Source of the DNA: a virus
Lineage: Duplodnaviria; Caudoviricetes
Virus record (IMG/VR): IMGVR_UViG_3300025154_000110
Coordinates: 1-58,652 of that record
DNA length: 58,652 nt
Direction: 5' to 3' (one strand)
A program made the translations under genes and the position numbers. The notes under the pieces are model-generated. The model ran no database searches and was not told where the DNA came from. It was given only the letters and a program-made list of their open reading frames with translations. Shown one piece after another: positions 1 through 10,029 of the stretch; within the stretch, counting starts at the first letter, position 1, and every line of letters starts with the position of its first letter.

Positions 1-5
1 CATTT

Positions 6-131
6 AAGAATCCCCTGCCAAGTCGCAGGGTGCGGAGCAACCGGCCCCTCCCTCCCCGGTTGCTCCGGTTTTAAATGATATGGTGCGCGAGGCCGCAAGG
101 TGGAAAGGCGCGGCACAGAAGGTTGCCGAGA
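6..131. repeat. Terminal direct repeat, copy 1 (126 bp; circular assembly overlap)
   Basis: AAGAATCCCCTGCC...AAGGTTGCCGAGA is identical to 58527-58652; bases 1-5 do not match the end copy. Confidence 0.95.
33..72 (+). terminator. Perfect 12-bp hairpin plus T-run inside the giant gene (terminator-like)
   Basis: CGGAGCAACCGG (33-44) / CCGGTTGCTCCG (56-67), 11-nt loop, followed by GTTTT. Confidence 0.45.
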
Positions 132-3100
132 CGCTTACCGACAAGAAGGCGCAGCTTGCATTATCCCGCCAAACGACCAAGGGCGACCTTGACGCCTATT
201 TGATGCGCAAGTTCGGAGTTGATGAATCGACAGCGCGGGACGTGAGCAACGAATTGACCCGACAGAATATCCCTGCCGACATGACGGCTGATCCTGCCGA
301 CTTTGCCAGTGAGCCGTGGAATACAAAGCCCACTCCCCCTGCGGTTTCGACCGAGGATCGGGTGGAGACATCCGCCCTTGCTTCTGATGATATGCGTGGG
401 CTGTCTTTCGCCGTAACAAACAAGGCCGGGGCGGTGGTAACGAGCGGAACTGTCCCGGCGCTTGCAGACCAAAAGCACGAAACATCAAAAGCTGAATATT
501 ACAGGGACCTTGCCGACAAGGCTGGCGGGGCGCTTTATATTTCCAGGACACGCGGAGCAAAGGTCTCATCTCCAGAGGAAGGGCTGATATTGGGGCGAAC
601 CTGGCAGCAAATTCAAGATATGCAGGCTGGGAAATATACACCTCCTGGCGTCAAGGCAAAAATGCCTGAAGGCGCGGTTGAGGTTTATTCATCCTCCACG
701 GCCTCCGACCTCCAGCCCCCCGCCCCTGTATCAAAAGGAGCGGAAAGCGAGAAGGAATCTGATCTGCCACGCGCAGAAACAGTCACGGAGCCGTCTACAA
801 AGGCGGCTCCAGCCTTAACGGAGCTTTCCCTGTTCAGAAACGGCGCAACACACACCGTCCCCGTGGAGAATTTGCATAGGTATCTCCTTGAAGAATTTGG
901 CATTGGCGGACAAGTCGAGAATACCCAGCAAGGCGTTGCTGTTGCGATCAATACTCATCAATCGGCAAATACGCTCAGGAAGGCGTTCAGCGACTACGAT
1001 ACAGTTGTCCTCTCGAAGGGCGGCGAACTTGGGCAGTATCTTTTAATTCGTCCAAAGGATGTTCGCAGTGAGGGAAGGAAACAACTTCCAGCCCCGCCAG
1101 CGGATAGTATCCCTGGCCCGACACCGGGGGAGAAATCCCCTGGTGTTTCTCTTGCCGACCTTGAGCAGCAGCTAGCAACCGCAACATCCTTAAAGGATAA
1201 GCGGGAGTTGCGGAAGCAGGTCAAGGAGATGAAGGTTGCACAGGAGGAGCCGAAACAGGCTGAAACCCCTGCGCCGGAATCAACCAATTTCCCCATATCC
1301 AAGCACGGTAGCGCGGCAATCCTCGTATCCGGCAACCCTGACGATATCAAGGCCAAGCTGGCAGCAGCAGGTATAAAGGCCAAGGGCCGGGTAAAGAAGG
1401 GGCGCGGTATGCTGTTCCCTGTGCGGATGGAGGGGGAGATCATGGCGGCACTGGGAGAAGTGAAGCCAATTAAGGCCGTGCCCGAAATGACGAAGGAGGA
1501 ATACCTTTCTAGCCAACAGGGCCGTGGAGATTTGTGGTTCCATGAACAGCAAATTCGCAGGAGGGTAGAGGGCGGTAACTTTATTTCCAAGAATATCCTT
1601 TCCGAGTATCCTGAACTGGTGGTTGAACTTGAGGCCGGGATAAAGTCAGGGGAATACTCAAAGGTTAGGGATGGGGAATTAATCAAGTATGTAAAAGGTG
1701 CTGGCAAGGCGGCGGATAGACGTGCGGCGCAGGACAACCGCATAGTAAAAGATTCAGACCTTGAAACGGCAGAAGATATAGGATCTCGGGTGCAATCAAT
1801 TAGCAAGCAAATTGAGGCACTTGATGATATCCAAAACCCCAAAGATTTCGATAAGCACAACGAGAAATACCGCAAACTTGTTGAACGACGTGAAACATTA
1901 GTAAACAAGGCAAACACCCTAAAGCGTGCCAAAAGTGATACTGTTCAACGCGATCAGGATAGAGTGGATACCGCTGGCGAAACAGAGGTTGCGCAGGCGG
2001 TTTCTGAAGAACCTCAAGGCGGGGAAGAAAAGGGTTCAAGCACAGAAGATGTCGGCCGGGAGCTCTCCTACAACAAGCGGAACCGACTCAAGGGGCTGAA
2101 GTGGTCCGACCTCGAAAAAATGGACCCGTCCCTTCGTGTGCGCGAAGCGGTCAAGAGTAAGGTCTATCCCCGCCCGGACTACCAGGCGATGATTGATTCC
2201 GGCATGAGGCCGCAGGTTGCCCATATAGTCAAGCAGGCTTACGACTCTATTCCCGCAAAACCGAGAAAGACAACGGACGAAGCGATTCAGCAGTACCTTT
2301 CTGCCATCACCATGGCGATGTCCAGGGTAACGGGCTGGGCAGAGTCGGCGGAATCCGATAAGTGGCTTGCCTCAATGGCAGATCGTGCGAGTCGCCGCCT
2401 TCAGCGCGGGGCCGTATCTGTTACCTCGATGATCGAGACGCCAAGCAAGAGCCTTTATGATACCGTGTTCCCCGGAGGGCGGAAAGCACAGGCCGATGAG
2501 GCGCGTATCCTTGGCCGGAAGTTTGTCGCAGCTATTCAGCCTGGACTCGATGAAGTCGTCAAGGCGATGAAGGATATCGAAAAGGGCTGGCCTGGCGCCG
2601 TGAAGGCATGGCAAAAGCGGGGCTTTTCCATTGTTGATGGAGTCGGCGCTACAGCCAGGGTATTCCTGGGGGAGAACGAGCGGCGCGGGAAGTACGCTTC
2701 AATCCATATCGAGATGGGCCGCAGCGGGATTACTGATTACATCATCCTTGATGGGGTGGAGAGCGAGAGCGACCCGGCAATCAAAGAATATATCGACAAG
2801 ACTCTTGCCGGGATCAACGGTAAAAAGTTGCTCCTGAACAAGAACGGCAAGCTGGTAAGCGCCCACGATACACAGGAGTCAGCAGAGGCGGCAGCCGAAG
2901 AACAAACCAAGCGGAAGGGCAAAGAAACGGTTTCCGATAGAGGAATTTCAGTAGAGCAGACGGAGCGGGAAGGGAAGCAACACCGGAAGGAAGGTGAGGA
3001 TATCAGCACTGAGCGGCTGGCTGAGGCCTTCGGATTCTCGGGGGTGAACTTCGGCAACTGGATGAAAGGCCAGGGCAACGCCAAGGAACGGCAACTGCAC

Positions 3101-6100
3101 GTCAATCATGCCTATGATTCATTCATGGACCTTGCCGATATTCTTGGAGTCCCGCCAAAGGCCATTTCGCTGAACGGTCTTCTTGGCATTGCCATTGGCG
3201 CACAAGGGACCGGCCAGTATGCGGCTCACTTCGTACCGGGGGTGAATGAGATCAACCTGACAAGGACCGGCGGGGCCGGATCGGTGGCTCATGAGTGGGC
3301 ACACGCCCTTGATCATTATTTTGCAAGGCAGGCAGGTCTTGAGCGGTCTTCGGTTCCGTTCCTGACAGAAACATTCATGGGTCGGCTGCAGGGCGATATC
3401 AGGCCGGAAATAGTTGGGCATTTCAAAAAGATTGTTGATGCGATGAACCGCCGGCCGATGACCGAAGAGGAGCTTGCGGCAAGACGTGAGAAGTCAGAGG
3501 ACCGCACATCGAGGAATATTGACGGCTGGCTTAAAGAAATTAGGCGCAAGGCGGTTGAGGGGATCGGCCCGGAAATTATGACTTTGCGCGACGGGCAAGA
3601 TGTTCCTGTCGTTTCGGAAGTTGACAGGCTGGTAGAGAGGATAAGGAGCGGTGATTTCGGGGAAGGAACTGTCCAGGTAACGAAGCCGGCGCACTATAAC
3701 GCCATCCCGACATTTCTTTCTCCAGCTGTTGCCGAGTTGCGCGACCTTCACAAGACAATTCAGCGGCGAGCCCCTGCCATTGACGATTACAAGGCGCTCC
3801 AGGCGAATATTGACAGCCTGAACTATCGCAAAAGTTCAGATGAGCAGCAAGCAAAGCATATTCCGCAAACGACAACAGAATATGCGAGCAACGCCGCAAG
3901 GCTTGACAAAGGGAAGGGCGGAAAGAAATATTGGTCAACTGATCTTGAAATGTTCGCCAGGGCCTTTGACGCCTATGTGAGCGACAAGCTGGCTGAGAAT
4001 GCCGCGAAGAATACCTATCTTTCCCATGCCGGAAGAATGGGCGAGACGGTCCCGACGGGAAAAGAGCGCGAGGATATCAGCCTGGCATTTGACAACCTCA
4101 TCAAAATCATAGAGAATAAGGAGACAGAGAAAGGCGTTGCCCTCTATTCTACAAGTGAGGGAACCGGCAAAGACTTCCTGTACTACGACATGGGGGAGGA
4201 CACCAGTGAACAGGCGCAAAAGGATAATGCTAAACTCCGTGCGATATTCACGCCACGTGCTGGCTCTGTCGTGGCGAACTCTATCAAGGTTGTCAATGTA
4301 TCCGGAGCTGTCCGGAACTTTGCCGACCGGATCACAACCGTGTTCGGTAGACGCGCTGTTTTCTATCGAGCGGCACCGGGCGCGGGGCTGCCAAACGGCT
4401 TAATTGACCGCAACGACCCGAAGACCATCTACGTCAACGTAGATTCTGGATTCTCGCCGTCCACCATCATCGGGCATGAAACTCTTCATGCCATGCGCAA
4501 AGAGCAGCCGGCCCTTTACAATTCCCTTCTTCGCGCAGCCAACCGCAATATCAAGGTCGAAGTCTTCAACGAATACCGCGACAAGCTGAAGCGAAACAAG
4601 TTCCTGCAGGGCCGGGACATCAACCAGGACTATGTTGTTGAGGAGATGCTGGCCGACTATCTTGGCGACCAGTTTTCAAAGCCGGAGTTCTGGGAGAGCC
4701 TTGCGGAACAGCGGCCGAGCCTGTTCAAGCGCCTGGTTGCCTTCGTCAAGGCGTTCCTCGATGATGTGATCACAAACTTCCAAGGAATGAAGAACTTCCA
4801 GTCCGATCAGTTCTTCCTCGATGTCCAGAAGATGCGCGATGTCGCGGTCAAGGCCATGGCGCAGTACGGCGGAGCCGAGGCGTTCGTTGGCATGGAGCCT
4901 ATGGATATTCGGTTTGCGGAACAGTTCGGTATTACCGCAGAAGAGGCGCAGCGGCAGTATGATGCGGTCGTCGCCGAGTTCAAAGGTACTGACCAGTGGA
5001 TGAAAGCCCCCAACGGCAAGCCGACCAAGCTGAACGAAAGGCAGTGGGTGCAGGTGCGGACTCCTGCGTTTAAGGAGTGGTTTGGGCCGTGGGATTCTGA
5101 CCCGAAGAACGCCAGCAAGGTTGTGGACGAGAACGGTGAGCCGATGGTGGTGTATCATACTCATGGGAGTGAAACTGAACTGACTGAATTTAAATATGCA
5201 CAGCTTCCTGGTGGTGAGAGTAGGTACGACGCTACTAAGAAGGGCGGGTTTACATTTGCCCTCGAAGGGCTTTCTACTGGGTGGTTTACCAGGAGAGAAA
5301 ATCAGTTCAAAACGTGGAAGAAGGAAGATGGAAGCAATGTAATTTCCGGGTTTGCCAATTTTAAAAACCCAATAGTTATTGAGCCTGGGCCATCAGAGCA
5401 AGCGGAGTTTCTTGATAAGAAGCGAAGATATGCAGAACTGCAGCAGAAACTCAACGCTGTTCGCAGCGGAAAGGAGTATTTGCCATTCAAGAAAGTAGGA
5501 GAGTTGCAGCAGGAGTTGTCCGAACTTGAAAAAGATATCAGGCCGGATTTACAAAAAGAGCGGCAGATACTCGACCTTGATAACCAGATAAACACTGGGT
5601 CGTCGTTATCGAAGACGAAGATAGCCGAGTTGCAGAGACATCTCACTAAGCTGGCTAAAGCAACAGGGTCTCCGAAGGAAATACGAAAACGGCAAACAGA
5701 GCGAGGGTACGCAGACCCATTTTATCAACTCAGCAAGATGGCGAAGTCTGCGCACCGCGAGTTCCCTGAGCTTGTGCCAGGGGCGGCGCTACGCAAGGCG
5801 CTGTTGCAGGAAGGTACAGATGGGATAATTCTCAGGAAGACTAACGCTGATACAACTACATCAGACACAGAAGTAACTGATTGGGTTGTCCCATTAACTG
5901 GGGGGACGCAAATAAAATCCGCCACTGGCAACACCGGCCAATTCTCCCCCTCCACGGATGATATAAGGTACAGCGTCCAGCAAGCAGACGCCGACTACCA
6001 CTCCGACCTTTCCGAAGCGGCCACCAACCTGAAGAACTCCCGCCCGAAGAACGATATTTCACCCTGGGCGCCGATCTATTCCACCATGGATTATATGTCC

Positions 6101-9100
6101 AAGCTGGTCGGCGCGGCACGGCGGGCGTTTCAATCGCAGATGGACCGGCACGACACCCGGGTAAAGTTCGAGCGGAATATCCTCGGGAAACTCGGTGAGG
6201 ATGACGGGCTTATCCATTACCTCGACAACCTCCGGAAGACCGACAAGGCATCTTACGACGAGGGCGGCGGATACCTGCTGGAGACGGACAAGAGCGGCGA
6301 GTCGTTCAGGATCAAGCGGGGCACCGGCTGGCGAGTATTCGACAAGAACGGAGAGAACATGGGCACGGCCGACACTCAGGAGGAAGCCAACGAGCTGGCC
6401 CGCGACCTGTACAATGCCGACAACGCCCACTTCATCACCCGGGTTGAAGGAAAAGACAAAGACGGCAAAGATGTACTGTTCTGGGGGGTTGCCGGGGAGA
6501 AGTTCACCACCTACACGGACGCGCAGCGGGAAGCGGCGAAACTTTCCCGGGAAGAAGGCCGGTACATTAAGGATTATGAGCCGGTAAAGGCCGAGTGGTG
6601 GGACGTGATCAATCCCAAGGGAACCACCATCAAAACCTTTGACGACGAGCAGGCAGCCAAAGTTGAAATGATCCTGGCCGAAGCTGACCAGATGGAGAAG
6701 GACGGCCACGGCGCTGCGGCTATTGAAATGGTTGCGGCCTTCCGGGGCGCTACCAACCGGGCCTTTGATCTCCAGGTCGCGGATATGCGGCAAATGATCA
6801 AGGACGCCGAAGAGCAGGGCCTTGACATGCCGACGGTATCGGGTCCGGATGAATCGCGGCGCTGGGCAATATTTGACCGCGGCCGCAAGCTGGCCGAGTT
6901 TGAATCTCAAGACCTGGCTGAAGAGCATGTCACAGAACTGAAGAAGACGGCGCCACGGTATCAGGGATACACCGTCAAGCGGCAGAAGGACGGCGAAATA
7001 ATGAAAGAGTTCACCATGAAGGAGATGATTTCCCTCATGGGCGACCTGCGGGGATCATACTTCCCCCGGCAGCGCCAGCGCGGCGCCATCGTTCTGAGAG
7101 CCATTCACCCGGAGACCGGCGAGAAGGTCAGGGAGAACTTCGACCTTTACGCCCCAGAGCGGGAGACGGTAGACCCGGAGACCGGGCAGGTGATCAACTC
7201 GAAGACCAGGCAGGCCAGCAATTATATCAAGAAGAAGTTCAACCAGGCAACCGGGCATGTGCCATTTGTGCCGACTCTGGAGAAGCGGGCGCGTGAACTG
7301 CGCCGGCAGGGCTTTGAGATCAGTATCGAGCGCGACCAGGCCATGCCGGAAGCGGTCTTTGAAGCGGCGCACCTGATGGCCTCTGTCCATTCCCTGATGA
7401 CGGACGCCATGAACAAGAGCCAGAAGCAGGCGAACGCTACCATGGGCAAAGCCTACCACGAGTTCAACAAGGTGATGACGGAACAACTCGCCGGTATCTT
7501 CAAGGCCCGCGGCTATCTCTCGTCCAGGTTGCGGCGCTCAGAAGATTACTGGCAGGGGTTCGAGACTGACCCGACCAAGGCTATTGCGCAGTATTCAACC
7601 GGTCTTGCGGCCGGGCTCGCCAAGCGGCAGGCGGTCAAAGAGTTCGTGCTGGCCGTGACCGGGCGCGATGTCTCCTGGAAATCCTGGAAGGAAGAAAACG
7701 AGGGCGGCGATTGGGAAGGCTACCAGGCGTTTGTTGAGGACAGGCGTATTGACCCGGTAAAGCAGCCGAATATGTACAAGGAGACGATGAACTGGGGCCG
7801 CGAGGTATTCCGCAACGAAGAGCAGGCGGACCGGATCATCGGCACCTTGCGCGGCCTGGCCAGCATCAAGTTCCTCGGATTCCGGGTATCGTCCGCCTTT
7901 GTCAACGCCATGAACATGGTGCAGGCCGTGCCGGCGACCATCTCCGCCCTGACCGGAGGCAGCTTGACCGCGGCCTTCGGTTCAATCCGGCGGGCAGCGG
8001 TAGCCTACGGGAAATACCGTATGCAAAAGGGTTCGACGGAAGACCACAAGATTTTCGCCTATATCCACGGTCAGGGTTGGGATGCAGCTCAATTCAACCA
8101 TGAGGCATCGGCGGCGCTCAGGTCGAAGGCCGGCAACGCGATGAGCAATTTCATCGGGGCTTCCATGTGGATGTTTGGCAAAGTGGAAGAAGCGAACCGC
8201 TCCATGACCATTCATGCCGCCTATGACCAGTTCATCAGGCAGGCGAAGGCAAGCGGCGCGGACCTCGATATCGACCCGGAAACCGGTATTGATACTGCTT
8301 TGATGCTCAGGGCAAAGCAGGTATCAGACCAGAGCCACGGCATTTACGACAAGGGCACGGCGCCGGCCTGGACCCGGGGCGCAGCAAACCCGGTGAAGAT
8401 GCTCTACACCTTCATGAAGTTCCAGCACAACTACCTCCTGAACATGGGGGAGATGATCGGCCGCGACCAGTGGAAGCAGGCCGGGTACATGCTCCTTTCT
8501 CCGGCGATCCTTGCCGGGGCCGGGGCCAGCTTGGCGACCAAGGCCCTATTCCTGGCCCTTGGGCTCGGGGGTGACGGTGACGATCCGGAAGAGAAATTCT
8601 ATGCCTGGGCGGAAGAAACATTCGGTTCAGATACGCCTTTCCGGCATGGGCTGGCTGGTTTCGCCGGTATCAACCTGAAAGGCTCCATCCAGATGAACAA
8701 TCCCCTGCCGACTAGGCTTAGTGAAGTTTTTGGAGCACCAGGGGCGATCTTCACCGACACCGCCAAGGGGATCAAGCATTTCACCCGGGGCGAAGTTTAT
8801 AAAGGGGTTGAAGCTATCGCTCCTACAGCCTTCGGCACGATGTCCCGGGCCGTCAGGGAATACCGGGAGGGCGTGACCACTGGCGGCTATGGCCAAGTGT
8901 TCTACGGAACGGAACCGCTCAAGGCTGATGGCATGGACGCGGCGCTCAGGTTCTTCGGGTTCAACCCTTCGTGGATATCCGGGATCAGGGAGAAGCAGTG
9001 GAGCGAGAAGAAGGTTGCAGCCCGGCTCTCCCGGAGAAAAGACGAGATTCATTCCCGGCTCAAGCGGTTCCTTTTGCAGGATCCGGAAGACAGAGATATG

Positions 9101-9274
9101 GGCGATTATGCCGAGATAATGAAGATGGTGGATTCGCTCAACGAGGATATTCTTGCGGTCGGCAGGGCGGATATCAGCCCAATAACCAACAAGAGCCTGA
9201 AGGCGGCAATGAAGCGGGCCTTCCAGCCGAACAGGCGCGAAAAGGTGCGGGCCGCTGAAAATGATGAAGAATAG
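80..9274 (+). CDS. Giant polyvalent internal virion / DNA-ejection protein, C-terminal 3064 aa (continues in frame from 55907 across the junction)
   Basis: LPD5-like segment (KSKVYPRPDY), zincin HEWAH at 3290 with an LPD1-like YWSTDLEMFARAFDAYV, second HETLH at 4475, ART-PolyVal-like region (RTPAFKEWFG...VVYH...KNP...DGII...QIKSATGN), helical C-terminus; position typical of podophage giant genes. Confidence 0.88.
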   Translation: MVREAARWKGAAQKVAETLTDKKAQLALSRQTTKGDLDAYLMRKFGVDESTARDVSNELTRQNIPADMTADPADFASEPWNTKPTPPAVSTEDRVETSALASDDMRGLSFAVTNKAGAVVTSGTVPALADQKHETSKAEYYRDLADKAGGALYISRTRGAKVSSPEEGLILGRTWQQIQDMQAGKYTPPGVKAKMPEGAVEVYSSSTASDLQPPAPVSKGAESEKESDLPRAETVTEPSTKAAPALTELSLFRNGATHTVPVENLHRYLLEEFGIGGQVENTQQGVAVAINTHQSANTLRKAFSDYDTVVLSKGGELGQYLLIRPKDVRSEGRKQLPAPPADSIPGPTPGEKSPGVSLADLEQQLATATSLKDKRELRKQVKEMKVAQEEPKQAETPAPESTNFPISKHGSAAILVSGNPDDIKAKLAAAGIKAKGRVKKGRGMLFPVRMEGEIMAALGEVKPIKAVPEMTKEEYLSSQQGRGDLWFHEQQIRRRVEGGNFISKNILSEYPELVVELEAGIKSGEYSKVRDGELIKYVKGAGKAADRRAAQDNRIVKDSDLETAEDIGSRVQSISKQIEALDDIQNPKDFDKHNEKYRKLVERRETLVNKANTLKRAKSDTVQRDQDRVDTAGETEVAQAVSEEPQGGEEKGSSTEDVGRELSYNKRNRLKGLKWSDLEKMDPSLRVREAVKSKVYPRPDYQAMIDSGMRPQVAHIVKQAYDSIPAKPRKTTDEAIQQYLSAITMAMSRVTGWAESAESDKWLASMADRASRRLQRGAVSVTSMIETPSKSLYDTVFPGGRKAQADEARILGRKFVAAIQPGLDEVVKAMKDIEKGWPGAVKAWQKRGFSIVDGVGATARVFLGENERRGKYASIHIEMGRSGITDYIILDGVESESDPAIKEYIDKTLAGINGKKLLLNKNGKLVSAHDTQESAEAAAEEQTKRKGKETVSDRGISVEQTEREGKQHRKEGEDISTERLAEAFGFSGVNFGNWMKGQGNAKERQLHVNHAYDSFMDLADILGVPPKAISLNGLLGIAIGAQGTGQYAAHFVPGVNEINLTRTGGAGSVAHEWAHALDHYFARQAGLERSSVPFLTETFMGRLQGDIRPEIVGHFKKIVDAMNRRPMTEEELAARREKSEDRTSRNIDGWLKEIRRKAVEGIGPEIMTLRDGQDVPVVSEVDRLVERIRSGDFGEGTVQVTKPAHYNAIPTFLSPAVAELRDLHKTIQRRAPAIDDYKALQANIDSLNYRKSSDEQQAKHIPQTTTEYASNAARLDKGKGGKKYWSTDLEMFARAFDAYVSDKLAENAAKNTYLSHAGRMGETVPTGKEREDISLAFDNLIKIIENKETEKGVALYSTSEGTGKDFLYYDMGEDTSEQAQKDNAKLRAIFTPRAGSVVANSIKVVNVSGAVRNFADRITTVFGRRAVFYRAAPGAGLPNGLIDRNDPKTIYVNVDSGFSPSTIIGHETLHAMRKEQPALYNSLLRAANRNIKVEVFNEYRDKLKRNKFLQGRDINQDYVVEEMLADYLGDQFSKPEFWESLAEQRPSLFKRLVAFVKAFLDDVITNFQGMKNFQSDQFFLDVQKMRDVAVKAMAQYGGAEAFVGMEPMDIRFAEQFGITAEEAQRQYDAVVAEFKGTDQWMKAPNGKPTKLNERQWVQVRTPAFKEWFGPWDSDPKNASKVVDENGEPMVVYHTHGSETELTEFKYAQLPGGESRYDATKKGGFTFALEGLSTGWFTRRENQFKTWKKEDGSNVISGFANFKNPIVIEPGPSEQAEFLDKKRRYAELQQKLNAVRSGKEYLPFKKVGELQQELSELEKDIRPDLQKERQILDLDNQINTGSSLSKTKIAELQRHLTKLAKATGSPKEIRKRQTERGYADPFYQLSKMAKSAHREFPELVPGAALRKALLQEGTDGIILRKTNADTTTSDTEVTDWVVPLTGGTQIKSATGNTGQFSPSTDDIRYSVQQADADYHSDLSEAATNLKNSRPKNDISPWAPIYSTMDYMSKLVGAARRAFQSQMDRHDTRVKFERNILGKLGEDDGLIHYLDNLRKTDKASYDEGGGYLLETDKSGESFRIKRGTGWRVFDKNGENMGTADTQEEANELARDLYNADNAHFITRVEGKDKDGKDVLFWGVAGEKFTTYTDAQREAAKLSREEGRYIKDYEPVKAEWWDVINPKGTTIKTFDDEQAAKVEMILAEADQMEKDGHGAAAIEMVAAFRGATNRAFDLQVADMRQMIKDAEEQGLDMPTVSGPDESRRWAIFDRGRKLAEFESQDLAEEHVTELKKTAPRYQGYTVKRQKDGEIMKEFTMKEMISLMGDLRGSYFPRQRQRGAIVLRAIHPETGEKVRENFDLYAPERETVDPETGQVINSKTRQASNYIKKKFNQATGHVPFVPTLEKRARELRRQGFEISIERDQAMPEAVFEAAHLMASVHSLMTDAMNKSQKQANATMGKAYHEFNKVMTEQLAGIFKARGYLSSRLRRSEDYWQGFETDPTKAIAQYSTGLAAGLAKRQAVKEFVLAVTGRDVSWKSWKEENEGGDWEGYQAFVEDRRIDPVKQPNMYKETMNWGREVFRNEEQADRIIGTLRGLASIKFLGFRVSSAFVNAMNMVQAVPATISALTGGSLTAAFGSIRRAAVAYGKYRMQKGSTEDHKIFAYIHGQGWDAAQFNHEASAALRSKAGNAMSNFIGASMWMFGKVEEANRSMTIHAAYDQFIRQAKASGADLDIDPETGIDTALMLRAKQVSDQSHGIYDKGTAPAWTRGAANPVKMLYTFMKFQHNYLLNMGEMIGRDQWKQAGYMLLSPAILAGAGASLATKALFLALGLGGDGDDPEEKFYAWAEETFGSDTPFRHGLAGFAGINLKGSIQMNNPLPTRLSEVFGAPGAIFTDTAKGIKHFTRGEVYKGVEAIAPTAFGTMSRAVREYREGVTTGGYGQVFYGTEPLKADGMDAALRFFGFNPSWISGIREKQWSEKKVAARLSRRKDEIHSRLKRFLLQDPEDRDMGDYAEIMKMVDSLNEDILAVGRADISPITNKSLKAAMKRAFQPNRREKVRAAENDEE

Positions 9275-9275
9275 T

Positions 9276-9304
9276 TTGATTTTGGCTTGTGTTTTTCATA
9301 TAAT
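9276..9304 (+). promoter_or_regulatory. Sigma70-type promoter
   Basis: TTGATT-N17-TATAAT. Confidence 0.7.
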
Positions 9305-9385
9305 GGGAATAGCGAAATTATACTTTACCCGTACCAGGTAATATAAAGAGGACACGGCCATGTAGCGGACATGACTTTACATCGA

Positions 9386-9483
9386 GAATAACATCGGTTC
9401 CCGAATTTCCCTGCAAGCGCAGGATCGAATGAGGCCCGACAAGCGAAACGGTATCAGCGCCGTTCTTCTTGTCGGGCTTTTTT
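9386..9483 (+). ncRNA. Structured leader/attenuator RNA, copy A
   Basis: GAATAACATCGGTTCC...GAGGCCCGACAAG...CTTGTCGGGCTTTTTT; paralogous to 33702-33798 with compensatory changes. Confidence 0.7.
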
Positions 9484-9513
9484 ATTTTCTAGGCCATCTT
9501 CGAGAGGAGAATC

Positions 9514-10029
9514 ATGAAAAGAAATACCTTGCTTTTGATCGTAGCCCTGCTGGCGCTGCCGTCGCTTTCATTTGCCGGCGGAGCCTGTGTCTTGCAAGAG
9601 GTCGGCGGCAACTACATCTACCAGGGCCAGATGCTCTTCGAATGCACGGCCAGCTCCACAGACGCCTCAATGTCGCACACCTTCGACGGGACACATAGCC
9701 TTGACGCTATTACTATGGCTCTGCTTGACGGCCGGTATGTCAAAGGTGCACTGGCCTATGACGGCGCCGGTACGGACCCCACCACCAATACTTCCCTGAC
9801 AGTTACGGACAGCGACGGCTTCATCTATGTCAACCCGGCCAGTAACGGCCTGGAGGTGATTGATTCCGGAGGGAAAAACTCATTCTACTTCCTGGGGCCT
9901 GACGGGAATGCCGGCTTTCGTAGCCTTCCTGGCGGTAAACCGCTGACCTTCGCCTGGAACGGAAACCTGGTCAATAGCGGGGTCCATTACCTTCTGCTCG
10001 ATGTCACCGGAGAGAGGAACGCGCGATGA
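9514..10029 (+). CDS. Signal-peptide-bearing beta-rich protein (putative virion-associated)
   Basis: MKRNTLLLIVALLALPSLSFA leader; GAGGAG SD; first gene after attenuator A. Confidence 0.75.
   Translation: MKRNTLLLIVALLALPSLSFAGGACVLQEVGGNYIYQGQMLFECTASSTDASMSHTFDGTHSLDAITMALLDGRYVKGALAYDGAGTDPTTNTSLTVTDSDGFIYVNPASNGLEVIDSGGKNSFYFLGPDGNAGFRSLPGGKPLTFAWNGNLVNSGVHYLLLDVTGERNAR

Noticed and set aside
6-131. Terminal repeat as biological direct terminal repeats or att sites
   Set aside because: It falls inside an open gene and its length is typical of an assembler overlap, so it indicates circularity only.
9429-9698. ORFs starting inside the attenuators (9429-9698, 33760-34083)
   Set aside because: They run through terminator hairpins and overlap better-supported genes.
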